Positions 7,473 through 15,567 of a DNA stretch of 16,579 nt are shown one piece after another (the first letter of the stretch is position 1; every line of letters begins with the position of its first letter). A program made the position numbers and the translations under genes. The notes below the pieces were generated by a model, which was given only the letters and a program-made list of their open reading frames with translations, made no database searches and was not told where the DNA came from. The DNA is from Fidelibacterota bacterium. GTDB taxonomy: Bacteria; Fidelibacterota; Marinisomatia; Marinisomatales; TCS56. The stretch spans positions 1 to 16,579 of the forward strand of contig JBDRBK010000036.1 of assembly GCA_043822705.1 (NCBI GenBank). The letters run 5' to 3'.

Positions 7473-9794
7473 TCAGCCGATCTGGCCTTCCATCGATTTT
7501 TCCAGGTTACGGGCCATATTCAGGAATTGCTGGACCGACAATTCCCTCATGAATATCAAACCATGAGCAGCCCGCAAGCGCGGATGCTCATTCTGATACC
7601 AGAAATCCTTGCCCAGCAGCAATTCCAGTTGCTGGTGCTGGTCGACCCAAATCCGTTGGGCCAAATCGCTGAACGGACCGTCGTATTTATAGCTGGGAAA
7701 TGACGCTTCTTTCTGACTCAGGTAACTTTCCAGAAACATCGATTGGAATACCGACATCGTATTCAGTGAAACCGGAATGATGATATCGGCATCGGCGGGA
7801 TCGAAACGATACCATACATTACGATAACCCCAGATTTTAAGATCATTAAGATCGGTTTCCTTCCCCCACTCCCGGATTGCCTCGGCAATAGCCTGCAAAA
7901 CCTTGTAATGGGTGTCTGGTCCGCTACCCTCCGGATCCAGGGCCAGAGTGATAACGGTGGGGTTGATCTTTTGCAATTGCTCCAGAATCGGTGGAATATC
8001 ACGTTTACGGTCCGGCTGTTCGGTAAAAACGTCTCCGGTATAGAATCCCAGCCGCAGGTGACTGACATCGCGAACGCGTACTCCCAGATGCGCCCAGACT
8101 AGTTCTTCTTCGAATTCCCGGATCATGCCTTTCAGGCTTTGAATCCGGGGAGGATTTTTCTCACCGTCGTAACATCCCCGCAGATATTCCGTAATGTCCC
8201 TGATTTTTGCCGCCAATTCGGATTTCGAATCGATGGAATAGATTTCCACCAGCGCCCGGACCACCCGATGACAGAGACCGCGCCTTTGTCCGGCTACATT
8301 CCGCGAGGCGATTTTATCAAGATAATGATAGACATCCTTGTCACGTTTAAATTTGTAGCCCTGGTTAAAAAAATCCGGATAGTCGGTCATCTGGATTTGT
8401 CCGCTTTCCAGCAAATGCAGTGTTTCATCCAGAATTTTGATCACGTAACTATTGGTAACCGAGGTAAAACCGGACGTCATCACCGAAAAATGATGCTTGT
8501 TGCGGGGTGTGCGCACCAGATGCATGACATGCGGAGCGTACCCCAGCATAATATCGTCGTGGTGCGGACCGGTGTGATAAAATGACTGATCCACCGGCAG
8601 CTCCAGACCGCGATCCAGCTTAGCTACAATATTGATCAGCACATCCGGTACCGTATTCTCATCGATATCAGGTATCCGCGAACAGTAGCAGTCCGCCCTA
8701 AGGTCGTCGACTGTCAGATAACGCCCAAATTTATTCAGACCCACAGCCAGATTGATAACCGCCCGCTGAGTTTTATCCGGATTCCACTCGCCTTCGAAAT
8801 ATAACTGATCCTGACTGTCACGGAGGGCTGACGCGGCGCCCTGGGTCAGGTAAAACCGGCTATTGGCCAGATTCTGGAGAACGGTGGCGGGATATAGTAT
8901 ATCACGATGCTTTTCCAGTGAATCGCGAACGATCGGCGCCTTGGCTTCACCGGCGGCAATAATTATGGCTGTGGCGGCGGGATTGGCGGTGATCGTTGAC
9001 AACCCGATTGTGATCACCAGTCGATTCTGGGAAATTTCAATGCCACCCAGATCACCGGCGGCCGCAGCCTGGGTCTCAAAATTGGTCTCCATCAGACGGG
9101 TGGTGGAGTTATGGTCGGAACCACGCACATTGAAGGCAATATGGCCGTCAGGACCGATACCGCCGAGGAAAAAGCCAATCCCGCCCTTGGCGCGAATCCG
9201 GTCCTCATATTCGCTGCACCACTGATCGACCATGAAAATCGTCTGTTGTTGAAGTTGCTCGGGACAGGCCTTGCAGTCCCGGTAGCGCAATGACAGATCA
9301 ACTTTGTGATCGGGAAAAATCTCTGACAGCGACCGGCCACCGGCAGTTGGAATTTCCGCACAATTGATCAATTGCGCCCGTGCTTCATCGAGCCCGAAAC
9401 CTTTGATATAGTATTCCCGGACATAATGGTAAAAACTATTGTGCTGCCGCGGGTCGATCGGAAAAAATTCGTCGATCTGGACGAATTGCAGTCCGTGGAA
9501 ATCCGGCATTTTGGCGACGGCCAGGCCGTTGTCCAAACGCAGTCTGGTCAGTGCCTTGTCATTCCAGTTCGCCTTCAAATGGTGAATCCATTTGATGAAA
9601 TATTCCGGTGTCTTCCCGGTCGGCAGACTGATAACGCCTTCGGGATTTTCGTTGACCCACTCGACGAAGCGCAGGGCTGTCAGAAATCCCAGTTTCGGAA
9701 AATTTTCAACGACGATATACGGTACTGTTGTACTGGGATCTTTGCGCTGAGATATCTTGAAGAAATGTTGCTCTACCGATGAAAAAGTGTTCAT
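7473..9794 (-). CDS. NagB-like sugar-phosphate isomerase/deaminase domain fused to a C-terminal PIG-L/LmbE-type zinc deacetylase domain (773 aa)
   Basis: N-terminal motifs [30 protein letters not shown] and AGEAKA; C-terminal motifs HTGPHHDDIMLG (8553-8576 for HTGPHHDD), VMTSG, GPDTHY, WGYRNVW and SYLSQ. Start reassigned to ATG 9794 (MNTFSSVE) with AGGA 10 nt upstream, rather than TTG 9848. Confidence 0.85.
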   Translation of the reverse strand: MNTFSSVEQHFFKISQRKDPSTTVPYIVVENFPKLGFLTALRFVEWVNENPEGVISLPTGKTPEYFIKWIHHLKANWNDKALTRLRLDNGLAVAKMPDFHGLQFVQIDEFFPIDPRQHNSFYHYVREYYIKGFGLDEARAQLINCAEIPTAGGRSLSEIFPDHKVDLSLRYRDCKACPEQLQQQTIFMVDQWCSEYEDRIRAKGGIGFFLGGIGPDGHIAFNVRGSDHNSTTRLMETNFETQAAAAGDLGGIEISQNRLVITIGLSTITANPAATAIIIAAGEAKAPIVRDSLEKHRDILYPATVLQNLANSRFYLTQGAASALRDSQDQLYFEGEWNPDKTQRAVINLAVGLNKFGRYLTVDDLRADCYCSRIPDIDENTVPDVLINIVAKLDRGLELPVDQSFYHTGPHHDDIMLGYAPHVMHLVRTPRNKHHFSVMTSGFTSVTNSYVIKILDETLHLLESGQIQMTDYPDFFNQGYKFKRDKDVYHYLDKIASRNVAGQRRGLCHRVVRALVEIYSIDSKSELAAKIRDITEYLRGCYDGEKNPPRIQSLKGMIREFEEELVWAHLGVRVRDVSHLRLGFYTGDVFTEQPDRKRDIPPILEQLQKINPTVITLALDPEGSGPDTHYKVLQAIAEAIREWGKETDLNDLKIWGYRNVWYRFDPADADIIIPVSLNTMSVFQSMFLESYLSQKEASFPSYKYDGPFSDLAQRIWVDQHQQLELLLGKDFWYQNEHPRLRAAHGLIFMRELSVQQFLNMARNLEKSMEGQIG

Positions 9795-9975
9795 ATCTGG
9801 CTGTCCTGTTTGAATAATATCGAAAAGACCTACTGTTTCCAGCGGCAAAATTTACAGATTAAAAATAATTTAAATCACGTAATCGGCATAAATGTGCTGA
9901 CTGTACTTATCACTATTATCCAACGGATGCGAGACAGTTCAAATGATCAATGCAAGTGAAATACAGGCAGAATAG

Positions 9976-11427
9976 CTATCTTTTATTCGGTCTACTCAAC
10001 AATGATCCAATGATTAACGTTGTTAAGACCCCGATAATAGTAAACCAGGTCCAGGCCACCAGCTTAAGCGATATTACTGTAATCATCACAAAAATACCTG
10101 CTGTGAAGCCCGCCAGAGCATCTTCCTGGGTGGCCTTCTTTACCAATAGCCCCAAAATGAAAGTGCCCAGGAGTCCGCCGTAGGTAAACGAAGCAATGCT
10201 CAGAGCCAGCTCAACAACGGTCTGAGGGGAATTCATGAAAAACAGGGCGGCCAGAACCAGCATTGCCGCCCACATCACTGTAAATATTCTGGAAAGGGTC
10301 AACTCGTTTATTTTTTTGATCTTCTTGGAAAATGTCGGGTATAAGTCGAGCATGGTTGAAGATGAAAGCGAGCTGATCGAACCAGCCAGCGTCGACATAG
10401 CCGCCGCGAACAATCCGGCTATGATAATTCCTGAAACACCGACTGGTAACTTTTCCAAAATGAACTTCGGAAATATTTCATCAGCTTTTACTAATCCAAG
10501 AATGCTCAGATCACTGGTATGGTAATAAGCGTAAAGCGCCACACCGACAAACAAAAACAAGGCAAACTGTACAATAATTATTATTCCACTGCCGATGATC
10601 GCTTTCTGGCTTTTCTTTAAATCTTTCGTCACCAGCAGTCTTTGAACGATTAATTGATCGGTTCCATGCGACGCCATCGACAGGAAGGCCCCGCCCAGCA
10701 ATCCGCCAATTAATGTATAGGGGGTTTTAAAGAACGTGGAAATACCGTCGGAAAAGCCGAGATTTATTATCGACAGCTTGTCATTGACAGCAGCAGCCGC
10801 TACGACCGCGGAAAATCCATCCGGCAAATAGATATTTATTAAAAAATATAGGGCTAAGGCAGCACCACCCAAATAAATAAACATCTGAATCGCATCGACC
10901 CAGATTACTCCTTTGACCCCGCCGGTAATCGTATAAAGCAAGGTAATCGCCACGATGATGAGAATGGCTGTCGGATAGCTGATATCCAGCATCAGTTTCA
11001 GCGGTATCGCCGTAGCAAAGAGTCGAACGCCGTCGGCGGCGGTTCTAGTGAAAAGAAATACGATCGAGGCAAACGACCGCGTTTTGCTCCCGAAACGTCG
11101 CTCCAGGTACGAGTACGCGGTCGTCAGTTCTCCTTTGTAGTAGGCCGGCAAAAAGAATTTTGCGATTATTATCCGGCCTATTAAATATCCCAGCGTCACC
11201 TGGAGAAAATTAAGGTTGGTGAGATATGCCAGACCGGGAATTGAAATAAAAGTAAGCGTACTTGTTTCCGCCGCTACAATTGAGAAACATACCACCCACC
11301 AGGGCATGGAATCGGCACCGAGGAAATAATCCTTGGTACTTTTTTGTTTGCCACCCGAGAACATGCCAAGCATTGCTATGCCGATTAAATAAACCGCAAT
11401 GATAACGTAATCAAATGTTCTATCCAC
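9976..11427 (-). CDS. Sodium:solute symporter (SSS/SLC5 family, sialic acid/amino-sugar transporter-like)
   Basis: About 13 hydrophobic segments; DYFLG..SMPWW, SIVAAETSTLTFISIPG, YLERRFG, GGVKGVIWVDAIQ, HGTDQLIVQRLL, GLFAAAMSTL. GTG start with AAGGAG RBS. Confidence 0.93.
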   Translation of the reverse strand: MDRTFDYVIIAVYLIGIAMLGMFSGGKQKSTKDYFLGADSMPWWVVCFSIVAAETSTLTFISIPGLAYLTNLNFLQVTLGYLIGRIIIAKFFLPAYYKGELTTAYSYLERRFGSKTRSFASIVFLFTRTAADGVRLFATAIPLKLMLDISYPTAILIIVAITLLYTITGGVKGVIWVDAIQMFIYLGGAALALYFLINIYLPDGFSAVVAAAAVNDKLSIINLGFSDGISTFFKTPYTLIGGLLGGAFLSMASHGTDQLIVQRLLVTKDLKKSQKAIIGSGIIIIVQFALFLFVGVALYAYYHTSDLSILGLVKADEIFPKFILEKLPVGVSGIIIAGLFAAAMSTLAGSISSLSSSTMLDLYPTFSKKIKKINELTLSRIFTVMWAAMLVLAALFFMNSPQTVVELALSIASFTYGGLLGTFILGLLVKKATQEDALAGFTAGIFVMITVISLKLVAWTWFTIIGVLTTLIIGSLLSRPNKR

Positions 11428-11506
11428 TCAATACACTCCTTTGGCTGGTGACTGGCTGTTCCAATTAATCATTTCGACGATCAGTTCGTTACAAACGGGG
11501 AAGGTA

Positions 11507-11537
11507 AATTTACGGTCTCGATCAACCAGTGATGCAA
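11507..11537 (-). promoter_or_regulatory. Possible promoter of the symporter gene
   Basis: Minus strand TTGCAT-N19-TAAATT. The spacer is longer than optimal, and the -10 lies inside the perfect palindrome GTAAATTTAC (11504-11513). Confidence 0.3.
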
Positions 11538-11599
11538 GACCGATTTGGCGTTGTCGCGAATAGAGATGAATTGTTATCCGGTCGGGTGTTAATACATAA

Positions 11600-11633
11600 G
11601 ACCGGGTTCCAGTCAGTGACTGTTAACCCGGTC
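11600..11633 (-). terminator. Long hairpin, probable terminator downstream of the 119-aa membrane protein gene
   Basis: GACCGGGTT/AACCCGGTC forms a perfect 9-bp outer stem around an inner CAGTC/GACTG stem; on the minus strand it is followed by TTATGTATT. Confidence 0.55.
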
Positions 11634-11684
11634 ACGTCTAATGGGATATATTCTCAATCTATGGGAAATGAGGACAGGGGTCGA

Positions 11685-12044
11685 TCAGGTCTGTCTGGCT
11701 TTGAAAACCACCGATGTAACCAGTTCAATCAACAAACCGTAAATCGCGCCCAGAACGATGGTGCTGACAAACATGCCAATCCGTGAATATTCTGGATTTT
11801 CGGGTGCCATTAGTCCGCTGAAGGCCAGCGGCAGGCTGAATAACAGTCCCAGCACGATACCATGGATCGACCAGTGCCCCAACCGCAGCGAACTGATTCC
11901 GATAGCGAGGCCGATCAGAGTCCGGCTGGCAAAGGCTTGCCACAATACTGGTGACGCCACCGGCTCGGGACTACCGGAAATTAAACCGATGCAGATCAGA
12001 CCGCAGCCCATCCCACCGAGAATTGCGATAATTAATCGTTTCAT
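11685..12044 (-). CDS. Small hypothetical membrane protein (about 4 TM helices, Gly-rich)
   Basis: 119 aa with four hydrophobic stretches containing GxxxG patterns; strong AGGAGG RBS upstream. Confidence 0.8.
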   Translation of the reverse strand: MKRLIIAILGGMGCGLICIGLISGSPEPVASPVLWQAFASRTLIGLAIGISSLRLGHWSIHGIVLGLLFSLPLAFSGLMAPENPEYSRIGMFVSTIVLGAIYGLLIELVTSVVFKARQT

Positions 12045-12077
12045 TCCTACCTCCTACTACCTGAGTTATTCCGGCTG

Positions 12078-12106
12078 AAAATAGTATTTTATGCAATCAA
12101 CTGCAA
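12078..12106 (-). promoter_or_regulatory. Possible sigma70 promoter of the small membrane protein gene
   Basis: Minus strand TTGCAG-N17-TATTTT. Confidence 0.4.
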
Positions 12107-12178
12107 GACTCTGAATAGTAATCAGTGACGAGTAATTAGTAAAGCAGTTGCAAGGGCGATTTAATTCGAACCGGGCGT

Positions 12179-12850
12179 TTATTCGATCGTTGTGATTTTC
12201 AGATTGGCAAACGATCCGTCGGAGCCGTACCCCATAAACAATCCCACCCAGCCACCGGTGCGTTCGCTCAGTTCGTCAACAACCAGGGCCGGTTCGGCCG
12301 CCTCATTCACAAATACCATCATCTGTGGTTGGTGGATTTCGATCCGTGCGTGAAACCAGGTGGTCTGATCGGGCACATTGGTCACCGGTTGCTCGTAGCG
12401 ACCGGTGCGCTCGTTCCGCAGCCGCTGCCAGGTCCACTCGGGATGCGATACATACTGCACGCCATGGGCGTGCCGCAATGAATCGGCGGTGTTGAAATTG
12501 AACGGTCGGAAATAGATCGCGTCGTAGTTCTCGGCGTCCCAACCGCGAAACGCGATACCGACGAAACTGGCGCCCTGAACGTCACGTCCGCGGATATCGC
12601 ATTCGATCACGCCCTTCTGGAAATCCAGTCCCTTATACCAGATAACGCCGGTGCTCGGGTCTTCCTTGAAATAGACACCGGGACGGTCCGAATCCTTCAG
12701 AACCTGCGCTTTACGATTAAATGCCTGCCATTCCTTACTCTCCGGCACCTGCGACAGGTCTATTTGTACCGTCTGCGCCGTCAGGCCCGTATATATTATT
12801 GATAAGACTAATAACCTGAGACACCTCAAGTGTCGCTTTAAGTTAATCAT
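12179..12850 (-). CDS. Secreted hypothetical protein, probable concanavalin-like beta-sandwich (DUF1080-like)
   Basis: Signal peptide (basic N-region, hydrophobic core, LTA-Q). The pattern GVIECDIRG, FVGIAFR, YDAIYFRPFN, WFHARIEI, VFVN, GWVGL, FANLKIT is typical of DUF1080-like folds. AGGTGG RBS. Confidence 0.65.
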   Translation of the reverse strand: MINLKRHLRCLRLLVLSIIYTGLTAQTVQIDLSQVPESKEWQAFNRKAQVLKDSDRPGVYFKEDPSTGVIWYKGLDFQKGVIECDIRGRDVQGASFVGIAFRGWDAENYDAIYFRPFNFNTADSLRHAHGVQYVSHPEWTWQRLRNERTGRYEQPVTNVPDQTTWFHARIEIHQPQMMVFVNEAAEPALVVDELSERTGGWVGLFMGYGSDGSFANLKITTIE

Positions 12851-12891
12851 GATACCACCTTTGATCCGATGATTGGTAACGGACGAATATA

Positions 12892-12929
12892 CGGACCGGG
12901 ACAGAAATCAGACCAGCATTTCCGGTCCG
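12892..12929 (-). other. Inverted repeat/hairpin immediately after the GH9 stop codon
   Basis: CGGACCGG (12892-12899) and CCGGTCCG (12922-12929) are perfect 8-bp arms with a large loop; followed on the minus strand by TATATTC. Confidence 0.45.
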
Positions 12930-12935
12930 GTATGG

Positions 12936-14729
12936 TCAGCGGGCCAGCAAGGTCAGGAACAACAACGCTTCGGCGGTTCCGTCCAGGGTCGGCTCATTAG
13001 TGGAATAATCCCAGAGATCGTCGTGAAACACCACCAGTTCGGACTGAAACTCGGTATAGGGATCGGGTCGCGACAAACGGATACCTTTCAGTGAATTGTA
13101 GATCGAGGCGTACACTGGTCCATCGTTCATACCGCCGTTGATTGGCTGATTCCAATCAATAGTCACGGCAGTATGCGGGTAGAGCGGTGTGACACCACCT
13201 TCGGCAGGAATCCCGACAAACTGGGTCACACCCCAGGGATTGCGTCCCAGCAGCCAGTCCACTTGCGCCAGCGCCTGTTCGTGATAGGTCCGGTCACCAC
13301 TCATACGCTCGTACAGCAGACACTGATTGATGAAGGCCGCCGCCAGATTATTCGAGCACCAGATGAAAGGAACCCCGATTCCGTAGGCAAAATTCGCAGC
13401 CCGGTCCGCGACCGCTTCGATCCCACGGCGGTAATAACCGATCAAAGTATCCTGGAAGGCCGGATCGACCTGATCGAACAAAGCAAAATGGCCCAGATTC
13501 ATGAACGGATAAAATTCATAGTGCCGGGCGGTATCGGCACCCATCCAGGGATCAGCCCCGGCCATCCGGGCAAATCGCTTGGCATCCTTCAAATAACGAT
13601 CATCGCCGGTAACACGATATAATTCAGCCGCGCCCCACTCCATGTCATCGGCCCAGGTCACTTCCTGGTAACGGTAGGGCGCCCGACAGGGTGTCCCTTC
13701 CTGGCAGCCCGGTTGCCGCAAGCCCATTTCATAGACCTCGCGGCCGGCCTGCAGGCAGGTCCTAGCAAAAACCTCATCGCCCAACACGGTCCAGATTTGG
13801 TGCGCCAGCGCCATTGTGGCGGCGTAGCGCCCCGCCAGATTGGCAATGCCGGTGGATGTGTTCTGGTACTTCCCCAAGCCCTGGGAGGCGCCGCTGGCAT
13901 AATAGACCACCCGGTAACTGCCGGGCCCCCAGCCGTAATCGGCGGAATCGGCGAAGGGCAGCTTGAAACCGATATGGTCGCGGTCGTCGGCCACTTGATG
14001 AAACAATTGGTCCGGGTGCGGATGCATCTTCAACATCCATTCCAGGCCCCAGCGGGCTTCATCCAGAATGTCCGGGATGCCGTTGCTGCCTGATTTTCCG
14101 CTGGCATCAACTTCATCGGCAAATTCAATCGTCGCCGTCCGGTAGGCGGTCAACAGGCGGCCTACCGTATTACCCGATGTGAGCAGGTAGCGCAGATGAT
14201 CGCCGGCATCATGCCAGCCCCCGGATACATCGATGTAAGTGCTGTCTGGCATGGGTCCGTACATGGTTTTTCCATCTCTCTGGTGACATATATTATCGAA
14301 AAATGGATTGTAACCACAACGTTGCTGGCGGATATAGCCAAGTACTTCTGGCAGCGTCGGCGTATAGACCGTATCGGCGATTGTAAACGGCAGCGATTCA
14401 ATTGTCGTACCTTGAATTCGGACCCGGTAGCGTCCGGGATGGGTGAAATCGGAGAAATCCAGTTGAAAATGATACTGGAAATTACCCAGCTCGCCCATGA
14501 ATTTTCCGATCCGCTGCGGTTGCCGGACCACCCGTCCGGAGCCGGCATCGACTACTTCGAAACGGCCTTTTTTCATCCGTTCGCCGGTCAGCAGGATGGC
14601 GATTTTCGGATCGTCCGGCCGGTAGCCCAACTGGTTGACCCGCAGGTAGCTGCCGACATTTCCGGCGATTACCGGCACGCTGCCGGCTAAAATGATAAAG
14701 GTCAGCCAGATAACCGATTTCAGTTTCAT
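12936..14729 (-). CDS. Secreted glycoside hydrolase family 9 with N-terminal Ig-like (CelD_N) domain
   Basis: Signal peptide; RVNQLGYRPDDPKIA...LDFSDFTHPGRY (CelD_N); QQRCG; DVSGGWHDAGD (catalytic Asp pair, 14199-14210); WLLGRNPWG; STNEPTLDGTA (catalytic Glu). Confidence 0.92.
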   Translation of the reverse strand: MKLKSVIWLTFIILAGSVPVIAGNVGSYLRVNQLGYRPDDPKIAILLTGERMKKGRFEVVDAGSGRVVRQPQRIGKFMGELGNFQYHFQLDFSDFTHPGRYRVRIQGTTIESLPFTIADTVYTPTLPEVLGYIRQQRCGYNPFFDNICHQRDGKTMYGPMPDSTYIDVSGGWHDAGDHLRYLLTSGNTVGRLLTAYRTATIEFADEVDASGKSGSNGIPDILDEARWGLEWMLKMHPHPDQLFHQVADDRDHIGFKLPFADSADYGWGPGSYRVVYYASGASQGLGKYQNTSTGIANLAGRYAATMALAHQIWTVLGDEVFARTCLQAGREVYEMGLRQPGCQEGTPCRAPYRYQEVTWADDMEWGAAELYRVTGDDRYLKDAKRFARMAGADPWMGADTARHYEFYPFMNLGHFALFDQVDPAFQDTLIGYYRRGIEAVADRAANFAYGIGVPFIWCSNNLAAAFINQCLLYERMSGDRTYHEQALAQVDWLLGRNPWGVTQFVGIPAEGGVTPLYPHTAVTIDWNQPINGGMNDGPVYASIYNSLKGIRLSRPDPYTEFQSELVVFHDDLWDYSTNEPTLDGTAEALLFLTLLAR

Positions 14730-15565
14730 TGCTGTCTCCCCGAATTAGTTTTTTCGACGGGACTAATTGATGTCCGGGCGGCGGCCAGCAGTTTATCGAC
14801 GCGCTCCAAAGAATAGCCCCGCTGTTCCAGATAATTCAACAATGCGTCGAGATGATAATAAAATTTGTCGGTCCGATCCGGGTGGGTGCCGATGTGAATC
14901 AACAGCAGAAATCCATTCAGACCGCCCGGTTGGTCCTGCTCAAATTCGATAATACTGTCCCAGATTTCCTGTGAATCACGGTAATTCACCAGCTCTGGGA
15001 TGGTATAATCGGCGTGCGACAGCGTGCCAGGTGTGTTGTTAATCAGAATCCAGCCCGCTTCCCGGGCCCAGCGGACGATCGTGGCGTTGTACCATTCGTA
15101 GGGCGGGATGAAGAATGGAGCCGCCGTTCGGGGAATACCAAATTCCTCCAGCAGCTCGTAGTTGGCGGTCAGATCGTCTACGAATTCATCCCGGGTCACC
15201 AGCAGCGAATCGCGGTTTTCCCAGGAGCAGTACAGCAGGTGGCGGTCGGAATGAGGACCCAGATAGTGCCGGTCGGCAACCAGGTGCCGGATCAGGGCGG
15301 CGTTGGCGGGATTGCGATAGAAATCACCGGTGAAGAAAAAACCGGCTTTAACATCGTGTTTGGCCAGTACGGTGGCGATCAATTCGCCGCCGTCGGCATA
15401 ATCGCCACCGGTGAATACCAGCGCCAATTCGCGCCTGGTTTGATCGCCTCGGATTATCCCGCCGTGCCGGTAAGTAAATTTTGTCGCGGCGGACCGATAA
15501 TCACAGCCACCTATCAGCAACGTCAAACACAGAGCAAACTTTGCCAAATTGCGGCCGATTGTCAT
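14726..15565 (-). CDS. Polysaccharide deacetylase-like (CE4/NodB fold) probable lipoprotein, 279 aa
   Basis: Start reassigned to ATG 15565, 2 nt after the anmK TAA. Signal peptide ends in LLIGG-C. Motifs LALVFTGGD, VKAGFFFTG, GPHSDRH, FIPPY, ADY, GFLLLIH. The stop overlaps the GH9 start (ATGA, 14726-14729). Confidence 0.85.
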   Translation of the reverse strand: MTIGRNLAKFALCLTLLIGGCDYRSAATKFTYRHGGIIRGDQTRRELALVFTGGDYADGGELIATVLAKHDVKAGFFFTGDFYRNPANAALIRHLVADRHYLGPHSDRHLLYCSWENRDSLLVTRDEFVDDLTANYELLEEFGIPRTAAPFFIPPYEWYNATIVRWAREAGWILINNTPGTLSHADYTIPELVNYRDSQEIWDSIIEFEQDQPGGLNGFLLLIHIGTHPDRTDKFYYHLDALLNYLEQRGYSLERVDKLLAAARTSISPVEKTNSGRQQ

Positions 15566-15567
15566 TT

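Noticed and set aside
9795..9848. TTG start at 9848 for the NagB/PIG-L fusion
   Set aside because: No RBS is evident there, whereas ATG 9794 has AGGA at suitable spacing.
11428..11684. Riboswitch or glmS ribozyme-like RNA in the longest intergenic region
   Set aside because: I could recognise no conserved riboswitch or ribozyme core, only a single hairpin. An Rfam/Infernal scan would be decisive.
11529..11786. 85-aa + strand ORF spanning the intergenic region upstream of the symporter
   Set aside because: No RBS or motif; it runs through a hairpin and overlaps the membrane-protein gene on the opposite strand.
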